In this document: positions 34,670 through 38,448 of the stretch, piece after piece | Position numbering within the stretch: position 1 is the stretch's first letter | Layout of the letters: each line of letters begins with the position of its first letter | Source of the DNA: a virus | Taxonomy: Duplodnaviria; Caudoviricetes | Virus record (IMG/VR): IMGVR_UViG_3300025267_000042 | Span: 1 to 38,448 of that record | Direction: 5' to 3' (one strand) | Length of the DNA: 38,448 bases | Made by a program: the position numbers and the translations under genes | The notes under the pieces: generated by a model | What the model was told of the DNA's origin: nothing | Databases searched by the model: none | Seen by the model: the letters and a program-made list of their open reading frames with translations, nothing else

Positions 34670-35130
34670 ACATCTATGGTCTTGATATAAGCACGTCAAA
34701 AATAGCGATAGCTTGTCTATCATCCGACGGTTTCAACGTGGTAGAATTAATTTCAAAATCGAGATCTTGGGAGACTAGGCTTAAAGAGCTATATTACCAA
34801 CTTCTTCCGTGGGTACAAGAACACATAGCTCAAGATGATCTTGTATGTATTGAAGAAATCCCTCTTGTTCAGAATAGACAATCTCTTATTAAGTTAGTTC
34901 ACGTTCTAGCTATGTGTAGAGTTGTATTTATTCACCATAATATGGATATTTTTACTGTTAATGTAAAGACTTGGAAGAAGGATGTAGTAGGTGATGGATC
35001 GGCAGATAAAGATAAGGTTAAGGCTATGGCTATAAAGATTTTAGGACAGGATGTTGGTAAAATTTCTCAAGATGGAATTGATGCACTAATGATAGCTAAG
35101 TGGGGAGAAATTCGTGTTCCAGCCATGTAA
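34666..35130 (+). CDS. ruvC: RuvC-like Holliday junction resolvase
   Basis: IYGLDIST, VCIEE, WKKDVVGDGSADKDKV, DGIDALMIA. Confidence 0.85.
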   Translation: MNIYGLDISTSKIAIACLSSDGFNVVELISKSRSWETRLKELYYQLLPWVQEHIAQDDLVCIEEIPLVQNRQSLIKLVHVLAMCRVVFIHHNMDIFTVNVKTWKKDVVGDGSADKDKVKAMAIKILGQDVGKISQDGIDALMIAKWGEIRVPAM

Positions 35131-35154
35131 TCACCAATTTTATTACTGTTAGGT

Positions 35155-35203
35155 AACGGCTTCTAGCGGTGATCTGAGGCATAGAAGTCGTTTTATATTT
35201 TTT
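35155..35203 (+). terminator. Intrinsic terminator-like hairpin between ruvC and nrdJ
   Basis: AACGGCTTCTA (35155-35165) pairs with TAGAAGTCGTT (35182-35192, one G-U), followed by TTATATTTTTT. Confidence 0.65.
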
Positions 35204-35209
35204 AATGGA

Positions 35210-37495
35210 GTGAATACTGTGAAAGCAGCAACTACAAATATAACGGATAATGCTTTAAAAATTTTAGAGCGTAGGTATTTTCTTAAAGATGAGGATGGAA
35301 ATCCTATTGAAGACGTTGAGGGTATGTTTCGTAGAGTGTCACATACTATGGCTCAAGTTGAATATTTACATGGAGCCTCTGATGAAGAGGTTTTACAGTG
35401 GGAATATAAGTTTTTTGATTTAATGTGGAATTTAGATTTTGTTCCTAATTCTCCTACATTAATGAATGCTGGAACTGGGGAAGGAACTATGTCTGCATGC
35501 TATGTAATGGATATTCCAGATAGTATGAAAGATATTATGCGAGTAGCTAGTGATCAGGCTATGATTGAAAAGTATGGTGGTGGAATTGGTTTTTCATTGT
35601 CTGCTTTGCGACCTAAAGGATATTCAATAACTACTACTCAAGGTAAAGCCTGTGGGCCTATTCATGTCCTTAAAGTATTATCTCAAGTAGGAACTATGAT
35701 TACTCAAGGTGGTAAACGAGATGGTGCTCATATGGCTATTATGGAAGTTTACCACCCAGATATTGAAGAGTTTATACATTGTAAGAATATAGAGGGACAG
35801 ATTACTAACTTTAATATATCTATTGGTGCTGATAGTGGGTTTATGATGGCCGTTAGGCAGAATAGATATATTAGATTAGCATGGCCTCTTGATCATGCCT
35901 CTTATGAAGCTCCGATAGAAAATTTGGATGGTAAGTTTATTAAAGCTTCTGAGCTTTATGAAGCTATTATTAAAGGAGCATGGACTAACGGAGAGCCGGG
36001 GATGGTGTGGCTAGATAGAATAAATAATGATAATACAACTCCTGAATTGGGTGATATTAATGCTACTAATCCCTGTGGGGAACAGCCTTTACTTTCTGGA
36101 GAATCATGTAATTTAGGTAGTATAAATGTTGGAAAATTTATTAAGTATTCAAAATCTAAGGATAAATCTGAATTTGATTTTGAAAGATTTAAAGAAGTAG
36201 TAGCTACTTGTGTTAGATTTTTAGATAACGTAGTTGATGCAAATATTCATCCAACCGAATATACAACAGAAATGAATAAATCAACTCGTAAAATTGGTTT
36301 AGGAATAATGGGGTTTGCTGATCTCTTGGTTCGATTAGATATTCCTTATGCTAGTGATGGTGCTATAAGGTTAGCTAATAAAATAGGTTTAAATTTGCAA
36401 GTTGTAGCAGATCATACTTCTATGGAAATTGGTAAGGTAAAAGGAAGTTTCCCAGCTTTTGAAGGGTCTACATTGAATAAGACTCATGGAGGCGAATGGG
36501 ATACTATGAGAAATGCTTGGCGATTGTCTATTGCTCCTACTGGAACAATATCTATGATTGCTAACTGTTCTTCAGGTATTGAGCCACTTTTTGCATTGGC
36601 ATATAAAAAACATAATATGTCAGCTGCTTTAGAAAACTTAGAACTATTCTATGTTAACGAAGATTTGCAAGATCGTCTTGATCTTACTACTGAAGAAATT
36701 AGTCGGTATATGGAAGATGGTCACGATATTAATGGTCTAATGGCTAAAAATCTTAGAGAAGTTTTTGCAGTTAGTGATGATATTAACTATGAATGGCATG
36801 TTTCTATGCAAGCAGCCTTTCAGAATTATGTAGATAGCGGTATTTCTAAGACTATTAATCTTCCTAATGAAGCTACAGAACATGATATTGCACAGGCGTA
36901 TGAACGTGCATGGGAATTAGGATGTAAAGGTATTACTGTTTATCGTCGTGGTTCACGAGAACGAGAAGTTCTAGTATCTACTAATGCTTCAACAGATGCT
37001 GCTACGGAATTAGAATTAGCTAAGTCTCGTCCTCATACTTTAGTAGGTTCTACTACTGCTGTTTCTACTGGTCACGGTAAAATGTATGTAACTGTTAATT
37101 ATGATCGTGACCAGATTTATGAAGTATTTGCTACTATTGGTAAAACTGGTAAATGTCAGGCAGCTAATACAGAAGCAATCTGTAGATTAACTTCTACTGC
37201 TATCCAATATGGTGTTCCTATTGATATACTAAAACAACAATTGTTGGGAATTACTTGTTGCCCAGTATGGAATGACGGTAAAATGGTGTTATCCCTTGCG
37301 GATGGTATTGGACAGGTACTCTCAGGTTCTACTGGAGTTTCTATCCATGCTAATGGACATGGAGATGCAACTACATTGGAAAACTTTAGCGAAATAGTAG
37401 TGGGTGGCTCTAGGTGTCCCGAATGTGATGGAACATTAACTATGTCTGAAGGATGTGCTAGTTGTTTAGCATGTGGTTTTTCTAAATGTGGGTAA
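35210..37495 (+). CDS. nrdJ: Class II (adenosylcobalamin-dependent) ribonucleotide reductase with C-terminal TSCPD-like and Zn-ribbon region
   Basis: PNSPTLMNAG, SAC, GGGIG, QGGKR.GA, TNPCGE, SCNLGS, R.IGLG.MG, APTGTIS, SKTINLP, KGITVYR, terminal CPEC...EGC..C..CGFSKC. No ATP cone and no nrdB adjacent. GGAG at 35207 favours the GTG at 35219 as the start. Confidence 0.9.
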   Translation: MNTVKAATTNITDNALKILERRYFLKDEDGNPIEDVEGMFRRVSHTMAQVEYLHGASDEEVLQWEYKFFDLMWNLDFVPNSPTLMNAGTGEGTMSACYVMDIPDSMKDIMRVASDQAMIEKYGGGIGFSLSALRPKGYSITTTQGKACGPIHVLKVLSQVGTMITQGGKRDGAHMAIMEVYHPDIEEFIHCKNIEGQITNFNISIGADSGFMMAVRQNRYIRLAWPLDHASYEAPIENLDGKFIKASELYEAIIKGAWTNGEPGMVWLDRINNDNTTPELGDINATNPCGEQPLLSGESCNLGSINVGKFIKYSKSKDKSEFDFERFKEVVATCVRFLDNVVDANIHPTEYTTEMNKSTRKIGLGIMGFADLLVRLDIPYASDGAIRLANKIGLNLQVVADHTSMEIGKVKGSFPAFEGSTLNKTHGGEWDTMRNAWRLSIAPTGTISMIANCSSGIEPLFALAYKKHNMSAALENLELFYVNEDLQDRLDLTTEEISRYMEDGHDINGLMAKNLREVFAVSDDINYEWHVSMQAAFQNYVDSGISKTINLPNEATEHDIAQAYERAWELGCKGITVYRRGSREREVLVSTNASTDAATELELAKSRPHTLVGSTTAVSTGHGKMYVTVNYDRDQIYEVFATIGKTGKCQAANTEAICRLTSTAIQYGVPIDILKQQLLGITCCPVWNDGKMVLSLADGIGQVLSGSTGVSIHANGHGDATTLENFSEIVVGGSRCPECDGTLTMSEGCASCLACGFSKCG

Positions 37496-37500
37496 TTAAT

Positions 37501-37525
37501 TAGCTATAGGTAATACCTATAGCTA
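37501..37525. repeat. Perfect 12-bp inverted repeat with 1-nt spacer
   Basis: TAGCTATAGGTA-A-TACCTATAGCTA in the gap after nrdJ. Confidence 0.9.
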
Positions 37526-37540
37526 TAGCTTAGGACTTAA

Positions 37541-38448
37541 ATGGTTTCACCTTTATCAAAATTACAGGCTCTTGAGCAAATTCTTTTGTATCTTGCATTT
37601 GGAGAATTACAGAAGCAAGGCCAAATGGGTTCAGTTAATCGTGGACAACGAATTGACCAACAGCCCGGAATGGTTCAAGGTCGGAGACAAGGGATGCCTC
37701 CTCCTGTTACTCCTGAAGGGAGAGATTGGCAACCTCATAGAGGAAGTCCTGTTCAGAGCCAATCTAGAGATTATGATCCTAAAGGAAAACATGTTGGAGA
37801 GCATGGAGGACATTATTTCTTGCCGGGGGAAAGGTCAACTGGAGGTGAGCAGGTAGATGTTGTGCAAGCTCCAGAACCTGAGCAAACAGGTATTGATAGG
37901 AATGTAGATATAGGGAGTATCAGTTCTAAGAATTTAACTCCTGTTCAAGCTAAGTTATATGATTCAATTCAAATTGCTGATTATGAATCTGTGACTCGTT
38001 ATAGTGATCAGACGTTAAAGAAATTAGGTAATCAGTTTGCTAGAATTCGCCAGAACTATGTTAGAAATCCTATTAACGATATTATTCAAACTGAAGGACA
38101 GAATCAACAGACTAGTGGTGATTCTACATCTATAGATTATTCTTTCCAAAATTCTATTGATCTGGATTCTGCAAGGACTTTAGCGTTAGCTCTTTTAAGT
38201 TTGCGTCAATCAGGGCATGAAGAAGGGTCAGAGTCTCCTGATACATCTATTAAGCGTCCTGATAAGAATTATGGAAAAGTTGATATTTCTTATAACAGAC
38301 AAGCAGATGGTGCGGATATTATTTCATTTAATAATAGAGTTATTACGGGTAATACAGAAGATACAAGTAAAACTTATGAATTACATCTGTCTAAAACTGG
38401 CGAGAATTTCCTAAGAGTGAAAGATATGTCTAATAATTTATCTAAACT
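37541..38448 (+). CDS. Hypothetical protein, 3'-truncated (>302 aa), absent from the ORF track
   Basis: TAGGA RBS, then ATG 37541; reads MVSPLSKLQALEQILLYLAFGELQKQGQMG...KDMSNNLSK with no stop to the window end. Confidence 0.85.
   Translation, partial: MVSPLSKLQALEQILLYLAFGELQKQGQMGSVNRGQRIDQQPGMVQGRRQGMPPPVTPEGRDWQPHRGSPVQSQSRDYDPKGKHVGEHGGHYFLPGERSTGGEQVDVVQAPEPEQTGIDRNVDIGSISSKNLTPVQAKLYDSIQIADYESVTRYSDQTLKKLGNQFARIRQNYVRNPINDIIQTEGQNQQTSGDSTSIDYSFQNSIDLDSARTLALALLSLRQSGHEEGSESPDTSIKRPDKNYGKVDISYNRQADGADIISFNNRVITGNTEDTSKTYELHLSKTGENFLRVKDMSNNLSK

Noticed and set aside
35131-35210. Canonical cobalamin riboswitch or NrdR box
   Set aside because: The gap is only about 80 nt, I could not identify a B12-box, and there is no convincing NrdR palindrome.
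25551-37495. Inteins or introns in dnaB, polA, recA or nrdJ
   Set aside because: All are continuous, of normal length, with motifs at expected spacing.
37572-38414. Listed ORFs 37572..37856, 37631..37813 and 38217..38414 (also 27833..28015 and 33050..33277)
   Set aside because: They overlap better-supported genes in another frame, chiefly the unlisted ORF starting at 37541.
1-38448. tRNA/rRNA genes, integrase, IS elements, stop-codon reassignment
   Set aside because: Intergenic gaps are short with no cloverleaf seen, no recombinase or transposase motifs were found, and TAA, TAG and TGA all terminate genes normally under the standard code.

Overview
Fragment of an AT-rich tailed dsDNA phage genome. 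It is probably siphovirus-like, since there is a single tail tube and no sheath gene. All real genes are on the + strand. 1-8346 is a cluster of fibre/spike genes with small partner (chaperone-like) genes. 8347-25480 is the neck-tail module: head-tail adaptor, tail completion protein, tail tube, tail assembly chaperone with an unannotated -1 frameshift extension, tape measure, two paralogous distal-tail-like proteins and a 1849-aa hub/tip protein. 25490-37495 is a replication/recombination operon behind a sigma70-type promoter: DnaB, primase, SSB-like, beta clamp, family A polymerase, RecA, DUF559-like and Cas4-like nucleases, RuvC, class II ribonucleotide reductase. An ORF missed by the track starts at 37541 and runs off the window. 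The most unusual signals are: (1) a ~65-aa module present about 10 times as in-frame insertions in tail proteins, including one copy nested inside another; (2) a GC-rich multi-hairpin element hidden in the 3' end of dnaB; (3) a switch-like terminator/antiterminator leader before nrdJ; (4) apparent complete avoidance of CCWGG, GCGC and CGCG. All product calls come from motif recognition and synteny by eye; no searches were run.
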